A DNA stretch of 64,000 bases, taken from an uncultured Bordetella sp. (GTDB taxonomy: Bacteria > Pseudomonadota > Gammaproteobacteria > Burkholderiales > Burkholderiaceae_C). Of the stretch, positions 40,004 to 51,088 are shown one piece after another; the stretch's first letter is position 1; the number at the start of each line of letters is the position of its first letter. The notes below the pieces were generated by a model that was not told where the DNA came from, searched no databases, and worked only from the letters and a program-made list of their open reading frames with translations. The stretch covers positions 12,638 to 76,637 of the forward strand of contig CAYTZZ010000010.1 in assembly GCA_964442645.1 (NCBI GenBank), in the 5' to 3' direction. The translations under genes and the position numbers were made by a program.

Positions 40004-41614
40004 TCAGTTCGAGGGGCTGCGCAGGGTGCGGCTGAGCAAAATCACCGGCAGCAAGCCCACCAGCACCAAGGCCAACGAGGGCAGTGCCGCTTCGCCCAAG
40101 CGCTCATCGCGGGCCAATTGGTAGGCCATCACCGCCAAGGTGTCGGTGTTGAAAGGGCGCAAGACCAAGGTCGCAGGAAGCTCTTTCATCACGTCCACCA
40201 GCACCAGGAGCAGGGCTGCGGCGGTAGAGCGCTTCAACAAAGGCGCGTGAACCCGGCGCAGCAGGCCCCAACCCGACACACCCAGCATGCGGGCACTGTC
40301 GTCCAGGCTGGCGGGCACGCGGGCATAGCCACTTTGCACCGACTGCAAAGCCACCGCGACGAAACGCACCAGATAGGCCCAGACCAACCCGAGCACGGTC
40401 GCCGTCATCCAGTAGCCCACCTGGGTTTGCGGCCAGGTGGCCTGCAGCCACCCCACAGGCAGGAGCAAGCCCACCACGATGACGGCTCCGGGCACAGCGT
40501 AGCCCAAGCCCACCAATTGCACCGCCCAACGTGTGCTCCAGCCTGGCGCACGCCGGCTCTGAAACGCAAGCAGCCATGCCAGGGCCACCGCCAGCACGGC
40601 GGTGATGGCGCCCAGCTTGAGGCTGTTGAAGGCCCACCCCGGGAAACGGTCCCATGGCAATTGCACGGCCTCGTCGGATTGCAGCAAGGCATGGCCCATG
40701 ATGGCCAAGGGCAACACAAAGCCCAGCAACACCGGCATGCCACACAGCAACAAGGCCATGCCTTCGGCGGCACCGCGCAAGCGGATGGGCTGCGCTTCGC
40801 TGCTGGTGCGCGCGCTGCGGCCGCTGGCAAAGCGCATGCGCGATTGCGCGCGCTGCTCCACCCAGAGAACCACCACCACCACCAACAGCAACAAGGTGGC
40901 CAATTGGGCTGCTGCAATGCGGTTGTCCATGACCAGCCAGGCTTTGTAGATACCGGCCGTGAAGGTTTGGATGCCGAAATAACTGGACACGCCAAAATCC
41001 GCCAAGGTTTCCATCAAGGCCAAGGCCGTGCCCGCCGCAATGGCGGGTCGCGCCAGCGGTAACGCCACTTGCACGATGCGACGGCGCAAAGGCGCGCCCA
41101 GCAAGCGCGCAGCCTCCATCAAATGCGTGGCACGCTCCGCCAAGGCACTGCGCGCCAACAAATACACATAGGGGTACAAGGCCAAGGTAAACACGCAAGC
41201 TGCACCCCAGAGGCTGCGCACGTCCGGTAAGACCCGGCCTTGCCAACCCAATGCTTCGCGCAAAGCGGCTTGCGCCGGACCGCTGAACTGCAGGAAGTCG
41301 GTGTAAGCGTAAGCCACCACATAAGCGGGCATGGCCAAGGGCAGCAACAGCGCCCACTCCAACACCCGACGCCCCCGAAAATCGAACAAGGTCACCAGGG
41401 CCGCCGACACCGTGCCCATGGTGACCACGCCCAGCGAGACCCACAGGCACAGCCAAAAGCTGGTCGACACATAGTCGGGCAGGACCGTGCTGGCCATCTC
41501 ACCGAGGATGGCCTGAGACACCGCCGACCACTGACCCCAGGAGGCCAGCACCGTCAGCACGGGCAGCGCCAGCACACCCACCGCCCCCCACAATAACCCG
41601 CGCGACAGTCGCAT
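40004..41614 (-). CDS. Fe3+-type ABC transporter permease (FbpB-like)
   Basis: Two permease repeats with EAA motifs (MEAARLLGA, LDDSARMLG), LLPLAMPAYVVAY, TLADFG, MKELPATL. ATG at 41614. Confidence 0.88.
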   Translation of the reverse strand: MRLSRGLLWGAVGVLALPVLTVLASWGQWSAVSQAILGEMASTVLPDYVSTSFWLCLWVSLGVVTMGTVSAALVTLFDFRGRRVLEWALLLPLAMPAYVVAYAYTDFLQFSGPAQAALREALGWQGRVLPDVRSLWGAACVFTLALYPYVYLLARSALAERATHLMEAARLLGAPLRRRIVQVALPLARPAIAAGTALALMETLADFGVSSYFGIQTFTAGIYKAWLVMDNRIAAAQLATLLLLVVVVVLWVEQRAQSRMRFASGRSARTSSEAQPIRLRGAAEGMALLLCGMPVLLGFVLPLAIMGHALLQSDEAVQLPWDRFPGWAFNSLKLGAITAVLAVALAWLLAFQSRRAPGWSTRWAVQLVGLGYAVPGAVIVVGLLLPVGWLQATWPQTQVGYWMTATVLGLVWAYLVRFVAVALQSVQSGYARVPASLDDSARMLGVSGWGLLRRVHAPLLKRSTAAALLLVLVDVMKELPATLVLRPFNTDTLAVMAYQLARDERLGEAALPSLALVLVGLLPVILLSRTLRSPSN

Positions 41615-41710
41615 GGAATGAGTCACTTGCCTAAATTGGTTCGAAGTCAGGATTGTAGGCAGACACCCATACAACCCTGTGGCTTGTCCGTGCTCTCTAC
41701 AATCGTGCCT

Positions 41711-42859
41711 ATGTTTCTGGAAGTCACGCAATTGCAGGTGCAATACCCGGGGCGCACGCGCCCCGCGGTCGACCGCGTCACTTTGGGCTTGCGCGCGGGC
41801 GATGTCGGGGTGCTGATTGGCCCCTCCGGCTGTGGCAAAACCACCTTGTTGCGCGCCGTGGCCGGCCTCGAACACGTGACCGGGGGCGACATCCGGCTGG
41901 CCAAGTCGGTGGTCAGCAGCGCCAGCGTGCATGTGCCTGCCGAAGCGCGCCGCATTGGCATGGTGTTTCAAGATTACGCCTTGTTCCCGCATCTCAGCGT
42001 GAGTGACAACGTAGGCTTTGGCCTGCACCATTTGCCGCGCAGCTCGCGCACGCACCGCATCCAAGAGGTTTTGAAACTGGTGGGCCTGGAGCGAAGTGCG
42101 CAACGCTATCCGCATGAGCTTTCGGGGGGCCAGCAGCAACGCGTGGCCCTGGCGCGCGCGCTGGCACCGCAACCCCAGTTGCTGCTGCTGGACGAACCCT
42201 TTTCCAACCTCGATGTGGACTTGCGCGAGCGCTTGGCGCACGAGGTCCGTGCCATCCTGAAAGAGGCCCAAACCACTGCGCTCTTCGTCACCCATGACCA
42301 GATGGAGGCCTTTGCGGTGGGCGATGTGATTGGGGTGATGTCCGAGGGGCGCTTGCACCAGTGGGACGACGCTTACAACCTCTACCACCGACCCGCCACC
42401 CGATTTGTGGCGGACTTCATTGGCCACGGCGTTTTTGCGCCGGCTTCGGTCCGTCAAGTCGGCCAGCAGGTGATTGTGCAAACCCCGCTGGGTGAGTTGA
42501 CCGATGTGGCCAAAGGGCCCTTGCCCTGCCGGTTGGAAGACGGGGAATGCGATGTGCTGCTGCGCGCCGACGACATCGTGCACGATGACGATGCGCCGGT
42601 GAAGGCGCAAATCGTGCGCAAGGCGTTTCGGGGCTCTGAGTTTCTGTACACCTTGCAACTGGCCTCTGGCCAAACCGTCATGGCGCATGTGCCCAGTCAC
42701 CACGACCACAAAATTGGCGAATGGATTGGCATTCGGGCGCAAGTCGACCATGTGGTCACCTTCAACCGCGCCTGCACCTTGCAAAACCGCGAGCTTTGCC
42801 AAATGCCGTGTGCTTCGCAAAGCGAGTGCGCGCCCCTCACTTTTCAATCACCTTCTTAA
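41711..42859 (+). CDS. Fe3+/spermidine-type ABC transporter ATP-binding subunit (FbpC-like)
   Basis: GPSGCGKTT, MVFQDYALFPHL, LSGGQQQRVALARAL, LLDEPFSNLD, VTHDQMEA, C-terminal TOBE-like region. Confidence 0.88.
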   Translation: MFLEVTQLQVQYPGRTRPAVDRVTLGLRAGDVGVLIGPSGCGKTTLLRAVAGLEHVTGGDIRLAKSVVSSASVHVPAEARRIGMVFQDYALFPHLSVSDNVGFGLHHLPRSSRTHRIQEVLKLVGLERSAQRYPHELSGGQQQRVALARALAPQPQLLLLDEPFSNLDVDLRERLAHEVRAILKEAQTTALFVTHDQMEAFAVGDVIGVMSEGRLHQWDDAYNLYHRPATRFVADFIGHGVFAPASVRQVGQQVIVQTPLGELTDVAKGPLPCRLEDGECDVLLRADDIVHDDDAPVKAQIVRKAFRGSEFLYTLQLASGQTVMAHVPSHHDHKIGEWIGIRAQVDHVVTFNRACTLQNRELCQMPCASQSECAPLTFQSPS

Positions 42860-42880
42860 ACTTTGTTCGGGAGCTTTCGC

Positions 42881-43540
42881 ATGAGCCTGAAACTGTACTT
42901 TTCCCCGGGGGCCTGTTCTTTCGTGCCCCATGTGCTGCTGGAAACCAGCGGCGCGGATTACGAGCCGGTGATGGTCAAGCTGCACAAAGGCGAGCAGTAC
43001 GGTGACGAGTACAAAGCCATCAACCCACGCAGCCAAGTGCCGGTGCTGCAAGCTGAGGGACAGGTGATCACCCAAATTCCGGCCATTTGCCAGTACCTGG
43101 ACATGGCGTTTCCGCAAGCCCAGTTTTTGCCGACCGCCCCCCTGGCGCGTGCCAAAGCTTTGGAAACGCTGTCCTGGATGAACAACACCGTGCATCCGAC
43201 CTTCACCCACATCTTCATGCCTCAAAAGTACAGCGATCAGGCCGAAGTTCAGGCGCAGGTGAAGGCTTTTGCCATACCGCAGTACCGCAAGCTGGTGGGA
43301 GAGTTGCAAAGCCTGGTCCAGCAAGCCACCGAGCACGGTGGGCCGTGGTTGGCTGGCGCCCATTTCGGCCCCCTGGATGCCTATGCCCTGACACTGACCC
43401 GCTGGGCCACCCTGGCAGGCATCAACCCAGAAGACTTCCCCGCGCTGTGGGCTTTCGTTCAAAAGGTTGCCGCCCTGCCTGCTGTGCAACGCGTGATCGA
43501 ACGCGAGCGCCTGCAATTGAACCTTTACAAGGCGGCCTAA
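42881..43540 (+). CDS. Glutathione S-transferase family protein (beta-class-like)
   Basis: LYFSPGACS, INPRSQVPVL, ITQIPAICQYL, DAYALTL. Confidence 0.88.
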   Translation: MSLKLYFSPGACSFVPHVLLETSGADYEPVMVKLHKGEQYGDEYKAINPRSQVPVLQAEGQVITQIPAICQYLDMAFPQAQFLPTAPLARAKALETLSWMNNTVHPTFTHIFMPQKYSDQAEVQAQVKAFAIPQYRKLVGELQSLVQQATEHGGPWLAGAHFGPLDAYALTLTRWATLAGINPEDFPALWAFVQKVAALPAVQRVIERERLQLNLYKAA

Positions 43541-44982
43541 GTCTCGACTTTTCGCGCCGGAAACCGCACGGTGAACTTGGCGCCCGGCGGTTGGCGCGAG
43601 GGATGCGCGTCTTCCAAAATGACCGTGGCCCCGTGCTGCTGGGCGATCTGCAACACAATGGGCAAGCCCAAACCGGACCCATCAGCCTCGGTGCCCAAGG
43701 CCCGGTAAAACGGTTGAAACACCAAGTCGCGCTCGGATTCTGGAATGCCGGGGCCGGAATCTTCCACCTGGAACACAGCCACCTGGCCAAAGCGGTCGGC
43801 CAGCACGCGCGCCGTGATCACCCCTGGCGCGTCCCGAGAGGACGGCGTGTAGTTGATGGCGTTGTCGATCAGGTTGCGCACCAACTCTTTGAGCAGCGTG
43901 GGGTTGGCCTCCAGCATCACGCCTGCGCTGCCCTGTTCCAGACCCTCGTAGCCCAAATCAATGTAGCGGTCCATGGCACGGGGCAAGGAGTCTTGAATCA
44001 CGTCCATCACCAAGGCCACCAAATCACATGGCTGACGGGCAACCACAGCGCCACCGCTTTCCGCGCGCGCCAGGGCCAGCAACTGGTTGACGGTGTGGGT
44101 GGCGCGTATGCTGGCGCGGCCAATGTGCTTGAGCGACTGTTTCAACTCGTCGGCACTGGAGTCTTCGCGCTGCGCCAAATCGGCCTGCATGCGCAAGCCC
44201 GCCAGCGGCGTTTTCAATTGATGAGCGGCATCGGCGAGAAATCGTTTTTGGGTGGCGATCGAGTCTTTCAAGCGCATCAGCAAATCGTTGATGGACGACA
44301 CCAGCGGCGCCACCTCGATGGGCACCACGCGATCGTCCAAGGGACTCAGATCGTCCGGCTTGCGGCGGCGAATGCGCTCCTCCAACTGGTTCAGCGGCTG
44401 AATGCCGCGCGCCAAGGCCAGCCACACCAACAGAACCGCCAAAGGCAAGATGACAAACTGCGGCAGCATCACGCCCTTGATGATTTCTGTGGCCAGCACG
44501 GAGCGCTTTTCCAGGGTCTCGGCCACTTGCACCAGCACCGGCTTGGCGCCTGGCAAGTCCACCGTAACCCATAAGTAGGCCACCCGCACGGCCGCACCGC
44601 GAATTTCGTCGTCACGCAGCCGCACTTCGCCACTGACCGGTTTTTCTTCGTCGGGCGGCAACGGAAAGTCGCGCTCGCCGCTGACGAACTCGCCGCGTGC
44701 GCCCAACACTTGGTAGTAAATCAGGTCGGCATCGTCAGCGCGCAAAATTTCGCGCGCAGGCTGCGGCAAATTGAACAAGACCTTTTGTTGGTCGTACCGC
44801 ACCAACTGCGCCAAGGCCTGAACGTTGTATTCCAAGCCACGGTCAAAGGGCCGACTGGCAATGCCCTGCGCCACCAGCCAAGTCAACACCAGGCTGATGG
44901 GCCACAGCAACAGCAATGGCGTCAGCATCCAATCCAGGATTTCGCCGAAAAGGGAGCGCTGCTCGCGTTGAAACAGTTTCAC
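43537..44982 (-). CDS. Sensor histidine kinase (TctE-like, 2CSK_N sensor)
   Basis: Two TMs, HAMP, H-box FLADAAHQLKTPLAGL, N-box NLIDNAINY, DSGPGI, GSGLGL. Confidence 0.9.
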   Translation of the reverse strand: MKLFQREQRSLFGEILDWMLTPLLLLWPISLVLTWLVAQGIASRPFDRGLEYNVQALAQLVRYDQQKVLFNLPQPAREILRADDADLIYYQVLGARGEFVSGERDFPLPPDEEKPVSGEVRLRDDEIRGAAVRVAYLWVTVDLPGAKPVLVQVAETLEKRSVLATEIIKGVMLPQFVILPLAVLLVWLALARGIQPLNQLEERIRRRKPDDLSPLDDRVVPIEVAPLVSSINDLLMRLKDSIATQKRFLADAAHQLKTPLAGLRMQADLAQREDSSADELKQSLKHIGRASIRATHTVNQLLALARAESGGAVVARQPCDLVALVMDVIQDSLPRAMDRYIDLGYEGLEQGSAGVMLEANPTLLKELVRNLIDNAINYTPSSRDAPGVITARVLADRFGQVAVFQVEDSGPGIPESERDLVFQPFYRALGTEADGSGLGLPIVLQIAQQHGATVILEDAHPSRQPPGAKFTVRFPARKVET

Positions 44983-45009
44983 GGGAGAAAGCGCAAGAAC
45001 CGCGGGGTG

Positions 45010-45684
45010 TTACCCAGGTATTTTTTCAAGGCAGTAGCCCAAGCCACGCACGGTGGCAATTCGAATCGGGCCCTTTTCAATTTTCTTGCGCAAGCGGTGA
45101 ATGTAGACCTCGATGGCATTGTTGCTCACCTCTTCGCCCCACTCGCAGAGCCGCTCCACCAATTGGTCTTTGCTGACCAGGCGGCCGACACGCTGCAGCA
45201 AAACCTCCAGCAAGCCCAGCTCGCGCGCGGAAAGCTCGATCATCTTGCCGTCGATGGTGGCCACGCGACCGGCTTGGTCGTACACCAAAGGGCCGTGCTT
45301 GATGGACGAGGTGGTGCCGCCCATGCCTCGGCGCGTGAGGGCGCGCACGCGGGCTTCCAACTCTTGCAAGGAAAAGGGCTTGGCCATGTAGTCATCGGCG
45401 CCGTAGTCCAGCCCTTTGACACGCTCTTCCACGCTGTCTGCGGCGGTCAGAATCAAGACCGGCAGCGCACTGCCGCGTGCGCGCAAACGTTTCAACACTT
45501 CCAGCCCATGCATCTTGGGCAAGCCCAGGTCCAGAATCAGCAGGTCAAACTCATCGGTGGTCATCAAGGCGGCATCGGCTTCCGTGCCGCTGGCCACGTG
45601 GTCCACCGCCGCACCCGATGCGCGCAAGGTGCGCAGCAGGCCATCGGCCAACACTTGATCGTCTTCGGCGATGAGTATGCGCAT
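45010..45684 (-). CDS. OmpR-family response regulator (TctD-like)
   Basis: MRILIAEDD, LILDLGLPKMHG, DYMAKPF, IEVYIHRLRKK, TVRGLGY. Confidence 0.92.
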   Translation of the reverse strand: MRILIAEDDQVLADGLLRTLRASGAAVDHVASGTEADAALMTTDEFDLLILDLGLPKMHGLEVLKRLRARGSALPVLILTAADSVEERVKGLDYGADDYMAKPFSLQELEARVRALTRRGMGGTTSSIKHGPLVYDQAGRVATIDGKMIELSARELGLLEVLLQRVGRLVSKDQLVERLCEWGEEVSNNAIEVYIHRLRKKIEKGPIRIATVRGLGYCLEKIPG

Positions 45685-45742
45685 GGTGTCTCCTCGTGGT
45701 GTGATGCCTACACTTTGGAAACATTCTAGGCGCGCTGGCCCG

Positions 45743-46237
45743 TTAGCGATAGGCGCCTGCATAGGCTTCCAATCCAATGCTGATGACCGTGGCCACATCG
45801 GCCCCGACTTCCTGGCGAAATTCCGCCTCGGCTTGAGCGACCGCCCATTCGAAGGCTTTCAACCACGCCAGCCCATTGGCCGTGAAGCGAATGCTGCGCG
45901 CACGTTTGTCCAGCGGGTCGGGCTCGCGCGTCACCAAGCCCCAGGCCTCGGACTGGTCAATCAAGTCGCCCATGGCTTGTTTGCTCATGCCTGCGCTTTG
46001 TGCCAACTCGCTCAGGCGAGAGCCCTCCAAGCCCAAATGGCGTGTGATGTGAATGTGGGCCGCACTCACCTGGTTTCGCGCCGCCAAATTGGCCAGGGCC
46101 AGCGGCACTTCTTCATGGTGCGCCATGAGGTACAGCACCCGGTCGTCAAAGCGGCGCATGGCCTGGCCCAGCAGGCGGCCCAAATGCAGTTGCCGCCAAT
46201 CTTGTGCGCGTTCTGGTTCTGGTCCTGAAAGTGTCAT
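45743..46237 (-). CDS. MarR-family transcriptional regulator
   Basis: w[25 protein letters not shown] and wing [13 protein letters not shown]. Start uncertain. Confidence 0.82.
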   Translation of the reverse strand: MTLSGPEPERAQDWRQLHLGRLLGQAMRRFDDRVLYLMAHHEEVPLALANLAARNQVSAAHIHITRHLGLEGSRLSELAQSAGMSKQAMGDLIDQSEAWGLVTREPDPLDKRARSIRFTANGLAWLKAFEWAVAQAEAEFRQEVGADVATVISIGLEAYAGAYR

Positions 46238-46303
46238 CTGCCAATGGTAAGGCAAACTGACCAAAAAAACTGTTTACCAATTTCAACAGGATGCGTTAAA
46301 GTA

Positions 46304-46336
46304 CTGTTCAAGCATCCAGCCTGTGGTTTGAAACAG
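46304..46336. promoter_or_regulatory. Two tandem LexA (SOS) boxes upstream of recA
   Basis: CTGTTCAAGCATCCAG (46304-46319) and CTGTGGTTTGAAACAG (46321-46336). Both fit CTG-N10-CAG; the second also fits CTGT-N8-ACAG. Confidence 0.7.
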
Positions 46337-46378
46337 CCCTGGATCCACAGTCAACCCGTTGTTTTTAAGGAGATTCTC

Positions 46379-47434
46379 ATGGACGCACCCGTCAAAGGCC
46401 TGGCCCCCAACAGCGAAAAAGGCAAGGCCCTGCAAGCCGCCCTGGCCCAAATCGAAAAACAGTTTGGCAAAGGCACCATCATGCGCCTGGGTGAAGGCGA
46501 AGTCATTGAAGACATCCAAGTGGTCTCCACGGGCTCGCTGGGCCTGGACATTGCCCTGGGCGTGGGCGGTTTGCCGCGCGGTCGGGTGGTCGAAATTTAC
46601 GGCCCGGAATCTTCCGGCAAAACCACGCTGACCTTGCAAGTCATTGCCGAAATGCAAAAACTGGCCGGCACTTGCGCCTTTGTGGACGCTGAGCACGCCC
46701 TGGACATCCAGTACGCGCAAAAACTCGGCGTCAACCTTCAAGAGCTGCTGATTTCCCAGCCCGACACCGGCGAGCAAGCCCTGGAAATCGTGGACAGCCT
46801 GGTGCGCTCCGGCGCGGTCGACCTCATCGTCGTCGACTCGGTGGCCGCGCTGACCCCCAAGGCCGAACTCGAAGGCGAAATGGGCGACTCACTGCCCGGC
46901 CTGCAAGCCCGCCTGATGAGCCAAGCCCTGCGCAAGCTCACCGCCACCATCAAAAAAACCAATTGCATGGTGATCTTCATCAACCAAATCCGCATGAAGA
47001 TTGGCGTGATGTTTGGCAGCCCCGAAACCACCACCGGCGGCAATGCCCTGAAGTTCTACGCCTCGGTTCGCATTGACATCCGCCGCACCGGCACCATCAA
47101 AAAAGGCGACGAGGCCATTGGCAACGAGACCAAGGTCAAAGTGGTCAAAAACAAAGTGGCGCCCCCTTTCAAAACCGCAGAGTTCGACATTCTGTTTGGC
47201 GAGGGCATCAGCCGCGAGGGCGAGATCATCGACATGGGCGTGAATGCCCGCATCATTGAGAAGTCCGGCGCCTGGTATGCCTACGGCGGTGAAAAAATCG
47301 GCCAAGGTCGCGACAATGCGCGCGAATTCCTGCGCGAAAACCGCGAATTGGCCCACGAAATCGAGAACAAAGTGCGCGAATCCCTGGGCATTCCCCTGTT
47401 GCCCGAGTTCACGGCCGAAGAAAGCGACGACTGA
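46379..47434 (+). CDS. recA: Recombinase A
   Basis: [57 protein letters not shown]. Confidence 0.98.
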   Translation: MDAPVKGLAPNSEKGKALQAALAQIEKQFGKGTIMRLGEGEVIEDIQVVSTGSLGLDIALGVGGLPRGRVVEIYGPESSGKTTLTLQVIAEMQKLAGTCAFVDAEHALDIQYAQKLGVNLQELLISQPDTGEQALEIVDSLVRSGAVDLIVVDSVAALTPKAELEGEMGDSLPGLQARLMSQALRKLTATIKKTNCMVIFINQIRMKIGVMFGSPETTTGGNALKFYASVRIDIRRTGTIKKGDEAIGNETKVKVVKNKVAPPFKTAEFDILFGEGISREGEIIDMGVNARIIEKSGAWYAYGGEKIGQGRDNAREFLRENRELAHEIENKVRESLGIPLLPEFTAEESDD

Positions 47435-47442
47435 GCGCCCAC

Positions 47443-47886
47443 TTGGCCACCCGCTCCACCCCCCTCAGCCTCAAAGGGCGTGCGCTGCGACTGCTGTCGC
47501 AGCGCGAGCACGCCCGGGCTGAGTTGGTTCGCAAGCTCAGCCCCCACGAAACCACCGAGGGCGAGCTGGCCCAAGTTCTGGACGAACTGCAAGCCAAAGG
47601 CTTCATCAATGAAACGCGGGTCGTCGAGTCTGTGGTGCACCGGCGAGCGCCCAAGTTGGGCGCTGCGCGTGTGCGGCAAGAGTTGCTGGCCAAGGGCCTG
47701 TCCACTGAAGATGTGGCCCATGCCGTCCAAGCCTTGCAAGCCACGGAGTTCGAGCGTGCGCGCGAGGTCTGGTTGCGCAAATTTGGCGCCCCCGCCGAAG
47801 ATGCGGCCGGCCATGCCAAGCAAATACGTTTTTTGGTCAGCCGCGGCTTTGCACCCGAGGTGGTGCGGCGAGTGCTGAAGGCTTAA
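47443..47886 (+). CDS. recX: Recombination regulator RecX
   Basis: [29 protein letters not shown]. Directly after recA; TTG start uncertain. Confidence 0.9.
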   Translation: MATRSTPLSLKGRALRLLSQREHARAELVRKLSPHETTEGELAQVLDELQAKGFINETRVVESVVHRRAPKLGAARVRQELLAKGLSTEDVAHAVQALQATEFERAREVWLRKFGAPAEDAAGHAKQIRFLVSRGFAPEVVRRVLKA

Positions 47887-48800
47887 AGCCCCAGCATCAA
47901 GCGCAGATTTTGCACCGCCGCGCCGCTGGCGCCTTTGCCCAGGTTATCCAGGCGTGCAATCAGCACGGCTTGCCGGTGGTTCTCGTTGGCAAAGACGCGC
48001 AACTCCAGCTTGTTGGTGTCGTTCAGGGCTGTGGCATCGAGCTTGCCATCCTCGGTGGCTGGCGGCACGCTCACCCAGCCATCGCCAGAGGCTGGGTAGT
48101 GGGCGCGCAATGCCGCTTCCAGGTCTTGCGCGCGCGGCTTTCCTGGCATCAAATCCAGATGCAGGGGCAGCTGAACCAGCATGCCCTGGCGGAAATTGCC
48201 CACCGAGGGCATGAAGATCGGGCGGCGGGTCAAGCCGGTGTAGGCCATGATTTCCGGCAAATGCTTGTGTTGCAGCCCCAGGGCATAGGCCTCGTGCAAG
48301 GGCGCGGTGCCCTGCTCATAAGCTTCGATCATGGTCCGGCCCCCACCGGAATAGCCGCTGACCGAAGGCAGGGTCAAGGGGCTGTCGGGGGCGATCAAGC
48401 CGGCATCGACCAAGGGGCGAATCAAGGCAATGGCGCCCGTGGCATAACAACCGGGGTTGGCCACGCGCTCGGCCTGGCGAACCGCTTCCCGCTGCCCCGG
48501 GGCCAACTCAGGAAACCCAAACACCCACCCCTGTGCCGTGCGGTGGGCCGTCGAGGCGTCAATGATCCGCGGGCGGGTACCCCCCAAGCTATCAACCATG
48601 GCCACGGTGTCTCGCGCAGCGTCGTCATGCAGGCAAAGCACCACCAAATCCACCGATGCGATGATCTCGCGCTTGGCCTCAGGGTCCTTGCGGCGCGCCG
48701 GCTCAATGCTGACGACCTTGACGCCCGTCAAGTTTGCCAACCGCTCCCGAATCTGTAACCCGGTGGTGCCCGCCTCGCCGTCAATGAAAACTGTTGCCAT
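47883..48800 (-). CDS. argC: N-acetyl-gamma-glutamyl-phosphate reductase (type 2)
   Basis: [55 protein letters not shown]. Confidence 0.94.
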   Translation of the reverse strand: MATVFIDGEAGTTGLQIRERLANLTGVKVVSIEPARRKDPEAKREIIASVDLVVLCLHDDAARDTVAMVDSLGGTRPRIIDASTAHRTAQGWVFGFPELAPGQREAVRQAERVANPGCYATGAIALIRPLVDAGLIAPDSPLTLPSVSGYSGGGRTMIEAYEQGTAPLHEAYALGLQHKHLPEIMAYTGLTRRPIFMPSVGNFRQGMLVQLPLHLDLMPGKPRAQDLEAALRAHYPASGDGWVSVPPATEDGKLDATALNDTNKLELRVFANENHRQAVLIARLDNLGKGASGAAVQNLRLMLGL

Positions 48801-48821
48801 GGTCGATATGCCGATAAAAAG

Positions 48822-48842
48822 CATGCCAAAACTTTTGGCATG
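48822..48842. promoter_or_regulatory. Perfect 21-bp palindrome in the argC/sucC intergenic region
   Basis: CATGCCAAAA-C-TTTTGGCATG. On the minus strand it is followed by CTTTTT, 21 nt before the argC ATG. Confidence 0.5.
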
Positions 48843-48969
48843 TTGTAAGCGTTAGAAAAGGTTGGTGCGATGCAGCATGATACATTTCACGGCGGCAAAG
48901 TCCAGGGTTGCTGTGCTGGCAGTGTGCGCAGCATGCCCCCACATTTCCACCGTTGCGAAGAGAGACCTC

Positions 48970-50130
48970 ATGAAAATTCACGAGTACCAAGGCAAGGAAA
49001 TCTTGCGAAATTTTGGTGTACCAGTACCGCGCGGCATTCCTGCGTTCACGGTGCAAGAGGCGGTGGAAGCCGCACAAAAGCTGGGCGGCCCGGTGTGGGT
49101 GGTCAAGGCCCAAATTCATGCAGGCGGCCGCGGCAAGGGTGGCGGGGTCAAAGTCGCAAAGTCCATTGAGGACGTGAAGCGCCTGGCCGGCGAAATTCTG
49201 GGCATGCAGCTCAAGACGCACCAGACTGGTCCCGAAGGCCAAAAAGTGCGCCGCCTCTACATTGAAGACGGCGCCGACATTCAAAAAGAATACTATGTGT
49301 CCGTGGTGACGGACCGTGCCAGCCAGAAGGTGGCCATCATGGCCTCCTCTGAGGGCGGCATGGACATCGAAGAAGTCGCGCACAAAACGCCCGAGAAAAT
49401 CATCAAGGTCTTTGCCGATCCCCTGGCAGGCCTGACCGATGCGCAAGCCAAAGAAATCGCCGATGGCATTGGCATTCCCGCTGGCTCCACCGCCCAAGCC
49501 GTGGATGTCTTCAAGAAGCTGTACCAGTGCTACATGGACACCGACGCCTCGCTGGTGGAAATCAACCCGCTGAACCGCGACAGCAAAGGCAACATCATCG
49601 CCTTAGACGCCAAGTTCAACTTTGACAGCAACGCCTTGTTCCGCCATCCCGAAATCGTGGCTTACCGCGACCTGGACGAAGAAGACCCGGCGGAAGTCGA
49701 AGCCTCTAAATTCGACCTGGCCTACATCAGCCTGGACGGCAACATCGGCTGCCTGGTCAATGGTGCCGGCTTGGCCATGGCCACCATGGACACCATCAAG
49801 CTGTTCGGCGCCGAGCCGGCCAACTTCCTGGACGTGGGCGGCGGTGCCACCCCCGAAAAGGTCACCGAAGCTTTCAAGATCATGCTGAAGAACCCCAAGG
49901 TCAAGGCCATTTTGGTCAACATCTTTGGCGGCATCATGCGCTGCGACACCATCGCCACCGGCGTGATCACCGCCTGCAAGGCGGTGAACCTGAGCGTGCC
50001 GCTGGTGGTGCGCATGAAGGGCACCAACGAGGAGCTGGGCAAGAAAATGCTCGCCGAATCGGGCCTGCCCATCATCAGCGCAGACACCATGGCAGAAGCG
50101 GCCCAAAAAGTCGTGGCTGCTGTCAAATAA
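48970..50130 (+). CDS. sucC: Succinyl-CoA synthetase beta subunit
   Basis: [46 protein letters not shown]. Confidence 0.97.
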   Translation: MKIHEYQGKEILRNFGVPVPRGIPAFTVQEAVEAAQKLGGPVWVVKAQIHAGGRGKGGGVKVAKSIEDVKRLAGEILGMQLKTHQTGPEGQKVRRLYIEDGADIQKEYYVSVVTDRASQKVAIMASSEGGMDIEEVAHKTPEKIIKVFADPLAGLTDAQAKEIADGIGIPAGSTAQAVDVFKKLYQCYMDTDASLVEINPLNRDSKGNIIALDAKFNFDSNALFRHPEIVAYRDLDEEDPAEVEASKFDLAYISLDGNIGCLVNGAGLAMATMDTIKLFGAEPANFLDVGGGATPEKVTEAFKIMLKNPKVKAILVNIFGGIMRCDTIATGVITACKAVNLSVPLVVRMKGTNEELGKKMLAESGLPIISADTMAEAAQKVVAAVK

Positions 50131-50145
50131 GCCGGGGGAAAACAC

Positions 50146-51039
50146 ATGTCCATCTTCATCAACAAAAACACCAAAGTCATTACCCAGGGCATCACGGGCA
50201 AGACCGGCCAGTTCCACACCGAAAAATGCCAGGAATACGCCAACGGCAAGAACTGCTTTGTCGCTGGCGTGAACCCCAAGAAGGCTGGCGAAAAGGTTTT
50301 CGACATCCCCATTTACGCTTCGGTCAAAGAAGCGGCATCGCAAACGGGTGCCACCGTTTCCGTGATCTATGTGCCGCCTGCTGGCGCCGCTGCTGCCATC
50401 TGGGAAGCCGTGGAAGCCGACCTCGACCTGGCGATCTGCATCACCGAAGGCATTCCGGTGCGTGACATGCTAGAGGTGCGCAACCGCATGAAGGCCAAGG
50501 AAGCGGCGGGCGGCAAGAAAACCCTGCTGCTTGGCCCGAACTGCCCCGGCCTGATCACCCCCGACGAAATCAAGATCGGCATCATGCCCGGCCACATTCA
50601 CCGCAAAGGCCGCATTGGCGTGGTGTCGCGCTCCGGCACGCTGACCTATGAAGCCGTGGCACAGTTGACCGAAATCGGCTTGGGCCAGTCCAGCGCTGTG
50701 GGCATCGGGGGCGACCCGATCAACGGCCTGAAGCACATCGATGTGATGAAGGCCTTCAACGACGACCCCGAAACCGACGCCGTCATCATGATTGGCGAAA
50801 TTGGTGGCCCCGACGAAGCCGAAGCCGCCCGCTGGTGCAAGGCCAACATGAAGAAGCCCATCGTGGGCTTCATCGCAGGCGTCACCGCCCCTCCGGGCAA
50901 GCGCATGGGCCATGCCGGCGCCTTGATTTCCGGCGGCGCTGACACGGCCGACGCCAAGTTGGCCATCATGGAAGAGTGCGGCTTCAAAGTGACGCGCAAC
51001 CCCTCTGAAATGGGCAAGCTGCTCAAAGCACTGCTCTAA
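50146..51039 (+). CDS. sucD: Succinyl-CoA synthetase alpha subunit
   Basis: [32 protein letters not shown] (phospho-His). Confidence 0.97.
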   Translation: MSIFINKNTKVITQGITGKTGQFHTEKCQEYANGKNCFVAGVNPKKAGEKVFDIPIYASVKEAASQTGATVSVIYVPPAGAAAAIWEAVEADLDLAICITEGIPVRDMLEVRNRMKAKEAAGGKKTLLLGPNCPGLITPDEIKIGIMPGHIHRKGRIGVVSRSGTLTYEAVAQLTEIGLGQSSAVGIGGDPINGLKHIDVMKAFNDDPETDAVIMIGEIGGPDEAEAARWCKANMKKPIVGFIAGVTAPPGKRMGHAGALISGGADTADAKLAIMEECGFKVTRNPSEMGKLLKALL

Positions 51040-51062
51040 GCACTGCCGTAAGCAAAATTACC

Positions 51063-51088
51063 AACGGGCCCGCTTTGTCGGGCCCGTT
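51063..51088. terminator. GC-rich hairpin after sucD (possible terminator or RNA-stability element)
   Basis: AACGGGCCCG-CTTTGT-CGGGCCCGTT, 10-bp stem with no clear U-tract. Confidence 0.45.

Noticed and set aside
41615-42847. Apparent 411-aa N-terminal extension of the permease (947-aa ORF)
   Set aside because: It is the antisense shadow of the ATPase gene running in frame into the real permease start at 41614.
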